From the NCBI RefSeq assembly GCF_006345805.1, contig NC_043005.1, positions 76,570,001-76,634,000 of the forward strand: a stretch of 64,000 nt of DNA. The letters are read 5' to 3'. Below the pieces are notes generated by a model. It was not told the DNA's origin, did no database searches, and saw only the letters and a list, made by a program, of their open reading frames with translations. Made by a program: the position numbers and the translations under genes. The stretch comes from Octopus sinensis. Taxonomy: Eukaryota. Positions 26,621-38,084 of this stretch are shown here, piece after piece (within the stretch, counting starts at the first letter, position 1; each line of letters starts with the position of its first letter).

Positions 26621-26981
26621 GGATCTTTTCACTTTGACCGGCAGATTTTTAAAATAATTTCTTTGTAGCTGAACACTTTTAAACTTCGTGTACTGGTAGT
26701 GTGTTACGTAAAACATCTTTTTCTCTTGGCTTTCTTGAGAAAATTCTGTAGTTTGTAAGCTATTTGTTACGGCAGAAATTGTATTCACTTCAATAGACGT
26801 CGTTGATTTGTTGAAATTGTCGAAATGCAAGAAATTAAACAACAAATAGCTTACAAACTACAGAATTTTCTCGAGAAAGCCAAGAGAAAAAGATGTTTTA
26901 TGTAACACACTACCAGTATACGAAGAAATTATTTTACAGAGAAATTATTTTAAAAATCTGCCGGTCCAAGCGAAAAGATCC
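26621..26981. mobile_element. Palindromic MITE, GGATCTTT TIR family
   Basis: Long inverted arms (about 140 bp) starting GGATCTTTTC and ending GAAAAGATCC; flanks AAAATTCG / AATTTTCG (6 of 8); internal sequence related to 23651 and 28003 elements. Confidence 0.8.
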
Positions 26982-27372
26982 AATTTTCGAGGTGAAGTTC
27001 AATCCACCACCTGGCTATCAGTAGTCTTCATTGAAGCCATTTCTTTTGTTGACACTATCAACAGTTTCCAGCCTAAGCACAATACAATACTTTGGTGCAC
27101 TGCTTCTTATTCTAATGCACATGCGTAATGCCATTGATTTTCAGAAGTTGCATGCGACAGTCAATCTCTAGTAGAGAACTATAGCCATGCATAACAGCGA
27201 CCCGGCTTCAAAATGTAAGTAACACTTAGAAGACCGCTCTATTTGCTACCGGGTCATTCTGTTGCCACTGCCTGTCAGATGCCGAGTTTAAGTGGAATAG
27301 TAATAGAATCAATTTGACTGACAATTTTATGTTCTATGTCAGAAATTTTTATTTATAGAATACCTTATATAT

Positions 27373-27680
27373 GTGGAGGCACATGGCCTAGTGGTTAAAG
27401 CAGCGAACTCACGGTCGAGGAAACGAGGGTTTGAATCTCAGACCGGGCGATGTGTGTGTTTATGAGCGAAACACCTAAGCTCCACGCGGCTCCGGCAGAG
27501 GGTAATGGTGAACTTCTGCTGACTCTTTCGCCACAACTTTCTCTCTCTCTTTCCTCCTGCCTCTTGCAGCTCACCTGCGACGGACCGGCGTTCCATCCAG
27601 GTGGGGAATCTATACGCCAAGGAAACCGGGAATCCGGACCTATGAGCCAGGCGTGGCTCGAGAAGGAACAAAAAAAAAAA
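27373..27680 (+). mobile_element. tRNA-derived SINE
   Basis: GGAGGCACATGGCCTAGTGGTTA head, family body, A-rich end. Confidence 0.78.
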
Positions 27681-28002
27681 ACAAACACCTTATATATAAA
27701 CACGAATACATTCACACATATCCTGTGTAGATTAAGTGAAGGCGAGTGGCTTAGCGGTCACGATCGTAAGGTGGTGAGTTCAAGCCCTGGCGATGCGTTG
27801 TACTTGAACAAGACACTTTATTTCACGTTACTCCAGTTCGCGTAGGAGTTCTATCTGTAATTCAAAGGGCCAGATTTGTTACATTCTGTGTCACGCTGAA
27901 TCTTCCTGAGAACTGCGTTAAGGGTACGCGTGTCTGTGGAGTGCTCAGCCACTTATACATTAAATTCCCAAGTAGGCTGTTTCATTGATTGGATCAACTG
28001 GG

Positions 28003-29460
28003 GGATCTTTTCCTTTTGATAGCCAGATTTCAACACAATTTCTAGTTAACTAAACACTTTAAAACTTCGTATACTGGTAGAATGTGTCAAAAGAAAACAT
28101 TATTTTCACTTGGCTTTTTTGATAAATTTGTAATTCGTTTGTTTAACGTAGTTTAATTTTTCGAATTTTAACCAATCCTATGCTCTCTTTTGAGCTGAAA
28201 TCATTTGCTGCGTTATCTATATTGATAAACAAACGAGGAGGGTTGTGTTGGCATGTGCTAGAAACAACAGCCATATCTCTTAAATCGATGAATTTCGTCG
28301 CCCAATAAAAATATTAACGATATTTTTTGAATATTTTCTTTATTTATTTTTGTACCAAAAAGGCTTCTCCCATGGTTTTGAAGGGCCAAAAACAACAAAA
28401 ACAAAACAATAATATGCCTAAATCGGTCTACAGTAGGATATGAGGGTGCGTGGAGTGTGGGTCGTATTGTAAAAATTTGCGAAATATTTTTTCATAAAAG
28501 GATGCCCCAGCTTGTCGGAGGCTGTGATATAAATTGGGAAAAAAATCCTCGACACCAGTGCGTAATTGGTACTTAATTTATCGACCCTGAAACGATGAAA
28601 CATTGATCCCCCATTTCTGGTTTATTTACCTTTTGTGTAAATTTGTTCCGGCAAGGGGCAAAACACAGAGGGGACAAAGCATGAGAGACAAAAGTATTAA
28701 GTCGATTCTATCGACACCAGTGCGTGTGTGCGTAACTGGTACTTAATTTATCCCTAACCCTAACCCTAACCCTAAACCTAACCCTAAGCCTAACACCTAA
28801 CCCTAAACCTAACCCCTAACCCTAACCCTATCTCGTGACAGCCTTCCGGCATCGGTCGCTAGCTTTGGTTAGGTTTAGGGTTAGGGGTTAGGTTCAGGGT
28901 TAGGGGTTAGGTTTAGGGTTAGGGTTAGGGTTAGGAGTTAGGGTTAGGGTTAGGGTTAGGGGTTAGGTTTAGGGTTAGGGTTAGGGTTAGAGGTTAGGTT
29001 TAGGGTTAGGGTTAAGGTTAGAGTTAGGGATAAATTAAGTACCAGTTACGTACTGGGGTCGGTCTAAACAACGGCAGTAATTCGTTATCGATATTGATAA
29101 ATAAACGTGAATTTACTAATAATCGTAAAGAAAAAATTTACTAATAATCGTAAAGAAAAAAAATCCCACCGTGGGGCCGGTAGGTTAGCCTGATATCGGA
29201 CTCACGAACGCTACATTACGAACAAAACGGATGTTGTCTCAGTTTTTAGTCGCAGCAAATGATTTCAGCTCAAAAGAGAGCATAGGATTGGTTAAAATTC
29301 GAAAAATTAAACTACGTTAAACAAACGAATTACAAATTTGTCAAAAAAGCCAAGTGAAAATAATGTTTTCTTTTGACACATTCTACCAGTATACGAAGTT
29401 TTAAAGTGTTTAGTTAACTAGAAATTGTGTTGAAATCTGGTTATCAAAAGGAAAAGATCC
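28003..29460. mobile_element. 1.46-kb DNA element with about 209-bp TIRs (GGATCTTT family) carrying captured SINE fragments and telomeric repeats
   Basis: 28003-28212 is the reverse complement of 29251-29460 with about 2 mismatches; TCAACTGG duplicated at 27994-28001 and 29461-29468. Confidence 0.88.
28752..29029. repeat. Interstitial telomeric cassette (CCCTAA)n - 36-bp spacer - (TTAGGG)n
   Basis: C-rich array 28752-28830, spacer 28831-28866, G-rich array 28867-29029; degenerate units. Confidence 0.92.
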
Positions 29461-30233
29461 TCAACTGGAAAACTCGTCGTAATCGACGAAGTGCCAGTAT
29501 AGAATAAACAAGTTCCAATTCTGGACGACCGAGAGGAATATATACACATTTAGGCGTGCACTTTTAAATTGATATCTTAACGTATATATGCAAGAACATA
29601 GATATAAAATACACACAGATCTATAAACACGTAAATGCATGTACATGGACGTTGACGAGTGGTCGCTTACAAATGCATAAATCAACGTTTTCTAGGACGA
29701 TGCAGTAGGTGAACAGTGTTGCATGTACTTTAATGAGTCATGGACGTCTAAGAATGAATGAAAAGCCCTATTCAACATGTGTGAGTCATCAGTAAATCTT
29801 CAGAACATTTCACTTAGTTGCTATGATTCGTCGTCTCTTTTGATTGATAAGCCAAAGCTAATTTGAAGTGTGTGCATGAGTGTGTATACGTGCGTATGTA
29901 AGCGCGTGTCTACCTCTGTGTTGATTGTCGTAACTTCTGTTCTAAGTTGTGTTAGTAAATGCTGATTAATATTTTCTAGCAAAAGGGAACCAGAAATGTA
30001 TGAAAGAAATAAAAACATTAAGAACGAAAATAAACCGAAAGAAAAAATCAATAGTTCTACAAGTTGCTATGGAAATGGCAACTTGGGAATGGTTTTGTCC
30101 CGTTTCGAAGCTGGACACTCGGCTTGATTGTTAACATCAACTAGAATAATATTCATCTATATATATATATATAGTGGTTTCGCTCCAACACCGCTCATGT
30201 CTCTTTGAGACATTTAGAAATTTAATATTTCTA

Positions 30234-30265
<32 letters not shown>

Positions 30266-30269
30266 ATAG

Positions 30270-30338
<69 letters not shown>

Positions 30339-30412
30339 TATATTCTAGCTTTCACTTGACATAAGAAATACTGAATACAATTGTACACGTTTGTTTTGGT
30401 AACATTTCAACG

Positions 30413-30790
30413 TTTATTACCAACGCCTTGGCGAAGGCGGAAGTATTGTTTCAGTCGCGTTTGTTTGTTTCTTTATTTATTGTGAACAAGTTATCTCAAG
30501 AACTGCTGGATGGTTTCGGATGAAACTTTCAGGGATGTTTGGCCTTATGACTAGCTCGAACTGATTAGAGTTTGGGATAGATCTGTTACCGGATAAGGAT
30601 TCTGGATAATTTTTCCAGATTTTTTACTTAATTTTTGAGAGCGGTCGGGTTCATTTGTAGTATTCTCGTTTGTGAGAGCAGTCGAGTATATTTCAGATAT
30701 TCTCATTTTAAAAATCATCTCCAGCTACTCGTTGAGAAGACGTTAGTGTTGCTTTGGCAGAGGTTTGCGCTCGTTGAGTGCTCTTGTTTT
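30413..30790 (+). mobile_element. Helentron-associated (HINE/DINE-1-like) non-autonomous element
   Basis: 5' TTATTACC..CGCCTTGGCGAAGGCG, (GTTT)n, core ...GGATGAAACTTTCAGGG, 3' GGCAGAGGT followed by hairpin GCGCTC-GTT-GAGTGC and T-run; architecture typical of HINEs. Confidence 0.62.
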
Positions 30791-31143
30791 TGATTTTACT
30801 ACTATAAATGAATATTAGTTTCAAATTTTGGCACAAGGTCAGCAAATCCAGGAGAATGCATAAATTGATCATACGGATGCTTAGTACTCAACTATTACTT
30901 ATTTTATCGACTCCGGAAGGATGAAAGGGAAAGTAGATCCAAAGTGGTATTTGAACTCAGAAGGTAAAAGTTAGAAGAAATGCTGCTAAGCAATACATCC
31001 AGCTCGAAGCCTTACAATTATATGATATTAAAGTTTCTTTATTTCTAAGTATATCAATTTGAATTATTTGCTCTGAAAAACGCATACTGCACTTACAAAA
31101 GATTCTCCGTCTCTCTCTCACACAAACACACATTCTCTCTCTC

Positions 31144-31229
<86 letters not shown>

Positions 31230-32059
31230 CTGTGTTAAGAAACTAATGATATCCGTGATGTGTGTCTCCAAAATACCAGCTATGTATTCTATGTTCTTTG
31301 CATAAAAATAAATATGGAAAAATATATTGATTATTATCATTTTTTTTTTTGTTACCAGCCTTAACAACAAAATATAGATATTTAAAAGTTGCGCAGGCTG
31401 TATTTAATAGATATTGTATTTATTTCTTTTCAAAACAACAATATATTTCTTTGCATACGTCGTGCAATAAATTATAAAAGTGTAAGAAACATTTCCAGCC
31501 AGTGAAGCGTCTGATTTTAATATGAAAATCTTATAAAAGTATTGCTTCTCCTGCTTGTGCTGGTCGTGTTGTTTGGAAGAACAAAACATCATTATATGTA
31601 CATCACTATAAAAAAAGGCAGACCAAACGAATATATCGCAATATGCGCAACAAATTGGATGCTTGAACGAGTTCAAAGTTCAGTTTGTCAAACATTTCAA
31701 AAATTAATGTTTCTCAACACGTCCCAAAGTGACTTTTTTAAATATTAAGATGGAAACATTTAATATAAAAGAAATTTATGAATTCACTAAATTGCATTCG
31801 ACAATACAATGTTACATATTTTTTTATAAAGAAATATCTTGGATCTTGTAGAATTTATAAAATCGTTTGAGATTTTGTAAATTTGTATTGTAGTTAAGAG
31901 TTTTTAGAGAATTGTATATAAACTTAATTACAGAAGCCAAGGATTTACATATTTTTAATATTATATTCGAACTGCGACATCGATTACAGATTACCACAGC
32001 TCACTTACTAGATCACAACAGTGGCACATAGGCACGCACGCATACATAATACATTATTA

Positions 32060-32099
<40 letters not shown>

Positions 32100-32431
32100 C
32101 ATACATACTAGTGAGTGGACAAACGAAAGAAAGACAAACACAGACACACAAACATATACATGAATATATATATATATATATGTAATTAATAATAATAATA
32201 TTAGGGAATAAATCCAAACTTACAGGGAAAAATTACATTTAGGATTAAATCCAATTTTATAGTATAAATATATTATATTATATTATATTAAATTAGAGAT
32301 AAAACCACTATTAGGCAAATCAAACAGTGAAAAACATAAGCCAATACATAAAATTAATTTAAAAGTATAAAAGTTAAAAATTAAAAAATTATTAAAATAA
32401 TTTAAACTTATAAATTTTAAATATATATATA

Positions 32432-32471
<40 letters not shown>

Positions 32472-32520
32472 TTTTATATTTATATATTATTTTGTTTATT
32501 AATTAATTAATTTATTTTTT

Positions 32521-32668
32521 AACGACGAGCTTCTTTCAGTTTCCGTCTACCAAATCCACTCACAAGGCTTTGGTCGGCCCGAGGCTATAGTAGAAGACAC
32601 TTGCCCAAGTTGCCACGCAGTGGGAATGAACCCGGAACCATGTGGTTGGTAAGCAAGCTACTTACCAA
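32521..32668 (-). mobile_element. SINE 5' half
   Basis: tRNA-like head and core shared with 9170 copy. Confidence 0.72.
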
Positions 32669-33325
32669 GCTTTCTATCAAGTTTACTGAAAAGTATCAAT
32701 ATTTGCAATCTTCCCATTTACATACTTAGTGGACGCCTTCATTATGGAAAGTACTATTTTGAGGCTTAACTATAATACATACAAAGCAATTTCTTCGACA
32801 AATTCCACTCTTCTATCTGCTTAAATATTCTTATTAAACTAGTAGATCACTAACACTGGTGACATTTCTAGCGTATTTCTATATAACGCAAAAAGAAAAA
32901 ATTACAGGTTATCATATAATTTCTTGCTGTTATAGACTTTAGCATATAACCATCGAATATTTGAATAATAAAGGATGCAAAATTTAGTACCAAAATCTAC
33001 ATAAAAACAGAAACCAATTTATTGGAATATTTCCTGTCTGGAATATTTATACACAATACTTCTGCTTTGTGTTTCAAATGTACGATTATTTGATGAAGAT
33101 ATTGTTGTTGAATTTAAAAGTTAGTAGATTACTGTTGCTGTGTTAATTTAAATCACTGTTATTTTGGTGTCTTTTCAATAAGACGGTTAGTGACCTTCGT
33201 GCGAAGGTTGTGTACGTAGTTTCCCCCCCCCCGCGGGGGAATTATTGTGTGTCTTCGTGTATGAAACACATCCAAAAACAAAAAAAAAAAAAAAATATTT
33301 TTCTACAAACGGCTGCAAAGCCAGA

Positions 33326-34677
33326 ATGTCTTTGGAAGGCAGTGAATGCAAACTGGAAGAAAAACTCGAAATGGAATTCCCCATTTCCTATTCACCTATC
33401 TCAGGTGATGAAGACTCTCAAGCCTCGGGTGAGGGAAGCTCGCCGGCGGTGACACCGGAAAAAGAATCGGCGGTAACGCCAGGAAAAAAGGCCCCAGCAA
33501 AAAAGTTTGCGGAAGTTGTAGGGCGCAAACAGAAAAACATAAATATAGAAAACCTGGATAAATATGAAGACCTTCTAAAAAAGAAGGAAATGAAATTGCA
33601 GTTAAAAAAGATGTGGAAAAAAAGGAAGAGATTGAAAAGAAAAGAATTATTTACAAGACATACAGCATGACTACAAAAAGTATACAAAAAGTGGAAGAGT
33701 GTAAAATAGAGGAGTGCCTGAAGGCAATCAGAAAAGATATCACATATATAAACAGAGGAAGACGGTTCGGAACGGTAGAAGTGAGGTTCAGGACCGAAGA
33801 AATAGCTAAGAGGCTATCTACAGAACCTCAGAAAGCAGGAAACCTAGTCCTTCTACCCTTGTACAAAGGAAGAAGGACTTCAAAGATAGTGATGAGGAAT
33901 ATTCCCCCAGAGGCGGACGCCTCATGCCTGGTGGCGGCAGTGATGCTGGGCCTGAAGGAAAAAATCAATATCCTCCAAGCTACAGTGGAGGAGGAGGGAT
34001 TTTGGCAGGGCCAGATTATCACAATGGCAATACAAGCGGAGGCCCAGACACTGGAAGAAATACCAGAGGTGCTGAGGCTCGATGAGGAGGAGAGAGTACT
34101 AGTATTTGTAGAAGGAAGAAAACCGAGGTGCTTCGGCTGCGGAAAAAAGGGACACGTAAGAGCGGAGTGTCAACCTAAACCGCAGGTAGAAGCACCGTCG
34201 GAAAAAGAAGAAGCGGAGAAGAAAAAGAAAACAGAGGAAACCAAAGAGGTGGAAAAAGCTGCAAGTGGTGCAGAAAAGGAAAAAGAAAACGAAAAAGAGG
34301 AGGGGTGGTCTAAAGTTACCAAAAAAAAACGGAAAACTGAAACCACCCCTCAAGAAGAAGAAAACCTGAAGAAAAGAAAAGAGGTTACTTCTTCATTTAT
34401 GGCCATTAAGGCTACCAACAACAGACTTGTCAATGTGTTGGCAGCCATGGCCAAGGTGGAACGAATAAGAAAAATGAAAGACTTTATCATATACAAAATA
34501 GGCCGGAAGGACTACAGGAGGATAAAATCCGAATTCTTCCATGACGTGGGCCCTCTGAGACTGGACATGTCTCCATATCTATACGAGGGCCTACGTCGGA
34601 CTCCCCCACGAGCCAAGGAAAAAAATAAAAGTGAAGAAGAAGGCGAAACTGTCGAACAAGCCAAACTACTGATATAA
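33326..34677 (+). CDS. ORF1p (about 450 aa; RRM-like region, single CCHC knuckle CFGCGKKGHVRAEC, K/E-rich); one 1-nt frameshift in an A-run near 33576
   Basis: Joins track ORFs 33245-33670 and 33613-34677; intact homologue in unit 2. Start at MSLEGSECK is inferred. Confidence 0.85.
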
Positions 34678-34685
34678 GGTAAGTG

Positions 34686-37600
34686 ATGGACTACATTTAT
34701 GTTGGTTGTTTAAATGTGCGCGGCCTGGGATCAAGCGGGAAGCAAGGTCGCTTCCTTAATGATATCAGGTCGCGCAATTTGGATGTTATTGTTGCTACAG
34801 AAACCCGGTTAAAGGGGCCAAGAGATCTACTCCCACTGTTTGACGGCTACGAGAGTTTTGTCTCTCCGGCCAGTCCTACAGGCGGGGGTGGGGTGTTGGT
34901 CCTACTAAAAAGAAACCGGGTTTTTGAGAAAAAGTTAATTTTTTCAGACCCAGAAGGTAGGCTGGTCGTCATGGATTTGACGTTCAGTAACGGTAAAGTT
35001 ATCAGACTGGTTGCAATTTACGCACCCAACAGTATAAAAGGGCAAAGTGATTATTTTCGTGATCTAGAAAACTTTCTCGGTACTTCGCATTCATTAATTG
35101 TGCTAGGAGACTTTAACACAATTTGCAAAGCGGATGTAGATTGTGTTGGCTCGAATGCAGATAGAAAAGGTAACTCATGCTTCCTGGAACTGCTAAGCCG
35201 CTTTGAGCTAGCAGATCCTTATAGGTTGGAATATCCGAACGCTCCATTGTGGACATGGTCAAACAGCGACGGATCTTCCAGGTCATACATAGATAGAATT
35301 CTAATTAGAAAGGTAGACAGTAAAATAGCTAAGTGTCCACAGTTTCACCCGATAAGCTACAGTGATCATAAAATGGTCACTTGTAAGCTTGACATAGATA
35401 AGGTTAGAAATAGAGGATCCGGTTACTGGAAACTTAATACGTCCCTTTTGGCGATTAAGGAGTACAGAGACCGGATTAGGACCATAATTCAGAGGGCGCT
35501 GTCTGGTGCCATCATTAATAACAAATGGTGGTACGCCCTCAAACGAGCCATCAAGTTTGAGTCTATTAGATATAGCATAGGAGTAGTGTCTAGAGAGGCT
35601 AGCAGGGAAACTACTCTAGTTAAGGAAGTAGAGGAAGCCATGAAAACTGGCTCTGCGGCTCAGGTGGCGTCCAAGAGACTGGTGTTAAACCAGCACCTCG
35701 AGGCCAAACACATGGGCTGCATTGTCAGGGCTAGAATCCGTCATATGGGATGTGAAGGAATCAACGCCGTGAGATGGGCCCGAGTGGTGGAAGCCCGGAA
35801 TGGCAACGACGCCACGATTCGATCTTTGAAGAACCAACAAGGTGAGTTGATAGACGAACCCGAGGAGATGTGTGAGGCCTTTCAGGAGCACTTCGCTCAG
35901 CTTTTCGGTGAGTGCGGCGGGCTGGATAGGAGGAGGGCCTTTACGGACCTACTCGACGGGCTGCCGCGCTTATCGGGGCGAGATGCGGAGGGCTGTGAAG
36001 GGCCAATCACGCCTGAGGAGGTGGTGGAGGCAATGGCGGACTGCGGCGCGGGCAAGGCGCCGGGTTTGGATGGTCTACCCTACGAGTTATATAAGAGTAT
36101 GCCAGACTTGTTCGGACTCCTACTGACGGAGGTCTATGCGAACTGGCAGCAGAACGGGCTTATACCCAGATCTGTGCGCCGGGGAGTGGTGACTCTCGTC
36201 AGAAAGGACCCGAGCAAGGGGGAGTGCATTGATAATTTCAGGCCCATCACTCTGCTAAACACAGAGTTGAAGATTTTGGCCAAAGTGTTATCGAAAAGAT
36301 TGGCGCGTGTCGCGGATGGTCTGATCGGGGAGGCACAGACATGTGCCGTTCCGGGCAGAACCATTCAGGATAATCTCCATCTAATGCGGTACACTATAGA
36401 GGGGTTTAATAGTGATTCTGGCAAGGGTGGGGCACTGGTCCATTTAGACCAATCCAAAGCTTTTGATAGGGTCGACCATCGTTACCTGGTGTCTGCCCTG
36501 GCACAGTTTGGGCTGAGCCTTGGCTTCCTCAGGTGGATTATCCAAATTTACGACAACATCGACTCGGTAGTTCGGGTGAACGGCTTCTTGTCGAAGCCGT
36601 TCAAAATCAAACGCTCGGTTCGTCAAGGGTGTCCGCTCTCCCCGCTTTTGTACGTGATGGCTCTTGAGCCATTACTGCGAAAACTGAGCGGCATCCCGAG
36701 ACAGCCAGGTAATGGAAAATCAGTGTCAGCGTACGCGGACGACATCACCATCATCGTGACCGAAATGGACCACCTATGTAAAGTAGGCAAGGCCATAGAG
36801 GATTACGAGACGGTGACAGGAGCAAAAGTTAATCGCGAAAAGTCAGTCGGCTTGCAACTCGGCACCTGGAGAGGCAAGTCGATGCCTCCTGACAGCGTCG
36901 TGGGACGTTGGACGGAGGGTCCGATTAAACTGCTAGGGGTCTGGTTCGGTCCAGACCTCCAAATAGAGAAGAATTGGGGCGAGGTAACGAGCAAGGTGGC
37001 TGCAGTAGCCAAGACCTGGTCTTGGCGGTGGCTATCCTTGAAAGGGAGGGCGGAGGTGGCCAATGTGTTTATCGCATCGGTTATCACCTACCGCCTTTCC
37101 GTCGTTCCATGCCCTGATTCGTGGTTGATCAAGTTGGAAAGACAGCTCTTCTACTTCCTGTGGAAGGGCGGGAAACCACTTGTGAAACGCTCTACTTGCT
37201 GTCAACAACCGTTAAAGGGTGGGCTAGGGATGCCTTGGCTGTTGATGCGCAAACATGCGCTGAGGTTAAGACATCTGTGGCTCTACCTGGATGGTGAACG
37301 GGTGTGGTCTTCGCTAGCAGAACGGATGTTTCCCAAGTTCACCAGTTTCGGTGGATGGGAAACCTGGTTGAATCGTAGATCGAAACTGGGCACATGGTAT
37401 ACGGAGTGTCGAAAGGCTCTCCTGCTATTCCGTCGCTCGGGCAACGCATGCGGTGGGGGTTCCACCACATTCTTCTATAGAGGGTTGGTAGAGGCGAAAT
37501 GTGAAGACACCTTGGGGGAAACCCTGGGTCTCGACGATAATCAGCTGGCCAGTCTGTTCCGACGTACGTTCGAGCCGAAGACTCTGGACAACTTCCAGAA

Positions 37601-38084
37601 GTCTCTGGCATGGCAATGCTACAGAGGAGCTCTACCTGTTCGGGATAAACTCGCAAGGCACGGTGGCCAAGACAGTCCGATGTGTCCAAGATGCGGGCGG
37701 GATAGGGAAACCGTCCCGCACGCTATTGTTCATTGTTCGGTCGTGTCTGAGGTGTGGGTTTATGCCGAACAGCTGTTGTCAAGCACACGAAGAGTACAGC
37801 TGTCGACTGAGTGTATTAAAAAAATTGACCCACCAGATTTCCTCGCGAAAGAAGGTAAGAATTGTTTTCTCGTTGTGGTAGCAATTGCGAAAGAGGTGAT
37901 ATGGAAGACGAGAATGAAAGGTATACGGTCAGGCAAGTTCATATCCGGCCCTGGGTTGATGAATTACTTCATCTACCACCTGAAAAGGAAGATAGGGCTG
38001 GAGAGAAAATGCCTGACTAAAAGAGTGTATGAAGAACGATGGAAGGATGTAGCACGGAAGTTGAGAATGGATGACACCACATAA
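34686..38084 (+). CDS. ORF2p, 1132 aa: AP endonuclease, reverse transcriptase, C-terminal CX2CX8HX4C
   Basis: EN motifs LNVRGL, ATETR, IYAPN, GDFN, SYIDRIL, SDH; RT motifs FRPITLLN, LDQSKAFDRV, QGCPLSP, YADD; CPRC...HAIVHC. Confidence 0.97.
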   Translation: MDYIYVGCLNVRGLGSSGKQGRFLNDIRSRNLDVIVATETRLKGPRDLLPLFDGYESFVSPASPTGGGGVLVLLKRNRVFEKKLIFSDPEGRLVVMDLTFSNGKVIRLVAIYAPNSIKGQSDYFRDLENFLGTSHSLIVLGDFNTICKADVDCVGSNADRKGNSCFLELLSRFELADPYRLEYPNAPLWTWSNSDGSSRSYIDRILIRKVDSKIAKCPQFHPISYSDHKMVTCKLDIDKVRNRGSGYWKLNTSLLAIKEYRDRIRTIIQRALSGAIINNKWWYALKRAIKFESIRYSIGVVSREASRETTLVKEVEEAMKTGSAAQVASKRLVLNQHLEAKHMGCIVRARIRHMGCEGINAVRWARVVEARNGNDATIRSLKNQQGELIDEPEEMCEAFQEHFAQLFGECGGLDRRRAFTDLLDGLPRLSGRDAEGCEGPITPEEVVEAMADCGAGKAPGLDGLPYELYKSMPDLFGLLLTEVYANWQQNGLIPRSVRRGVVTLVRKDPSKGECIDNFRPITLLNTELKILAKVLSKRLARVADGLIGEAQTCAVPGRTIQDNLHLMRYTIEGFNSDSGKGGALVHLDQSKAFDRVDHRYLVSALAQFGLSLGFLRWIIQIYDNIDSVVRVNGFLSKPFKIKRSVRQGCPLSPLLYVMALEPLLRKLSGIPRQPGNGKSVSAYADDITIIVTEMDHLCKVGKAIEDYETVTGAKVNREKSVGLQLGTWRGKSMPPDSVVGRWTEGPIKLLGVWFGPDLQIEKNWGEVTSKVAAVAKTWSWRWLSLKGRAEVANVFIASVITYRLSVVPCPDSWLIKLERQLFYFLWKGGKPLVKRSTCCQQPLKGGLGMPWLLMRKHALRLRHLWLYLDGERVWSSLAERMFPKFTSFGGWETWLNRRSKLGTWYTECRKALLLFRRSGNACGGGSTTFFYRGLVEAKCEDTLGETLGLDDNQLASLFRRTFEPKTLDNFQKSLAWQCYRGALPVRDKLARHGGQDSPMCPRCGRDRETVPHAIVHCSVVSEVWVYAEQLLSSTRRVQLSTECIKKIDPPDFLAKEGKNCFLVVVAIAKEVIWKTRMKGIRSGKFISGPGLMNYFIYHLKRKIGLERKCLTKRVYEERWKDVARKLRMDDTT

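Larger units (their letters stand above)
27741..29497 (+). mobile_element. SINE interrupted by a TIR element (27741-28001 and 29461-29497)
   Basis: Same family as 12058-12380; its ...GGATCAACTGG|AA..CTCGTCGTAA.CGACG.AGTGCCA end resumes after 29460. Confidence 0.8.

Noticed and set aside
26390-26845. 151-aa minus-strand ORF
   Set aside because: Runs through a palindromic MITE and a SINE; no domain.
28752-29029. Chromosome fusion scar
   Set aside because: Polarity is CCCTAA then TTAGGG, opposite to a fusion, and it lies inside a TIR element.
33084-33099. Target site being an snRNA, rRNA or tRNA gene as for Keno/Dewa/Mutsu-type elements
   Set aside because: The reconstructed empty site shows no resemblance I can recognise to such genes; a database search is needed to exclude it fully.
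35685-37942. Short antisense and alternate-frame ORFs within ORF2, repeated in each unit
   Set aside because: 60-126 aa shadows of a GC-richer coding region; their recurrence only reflects unit duplication.
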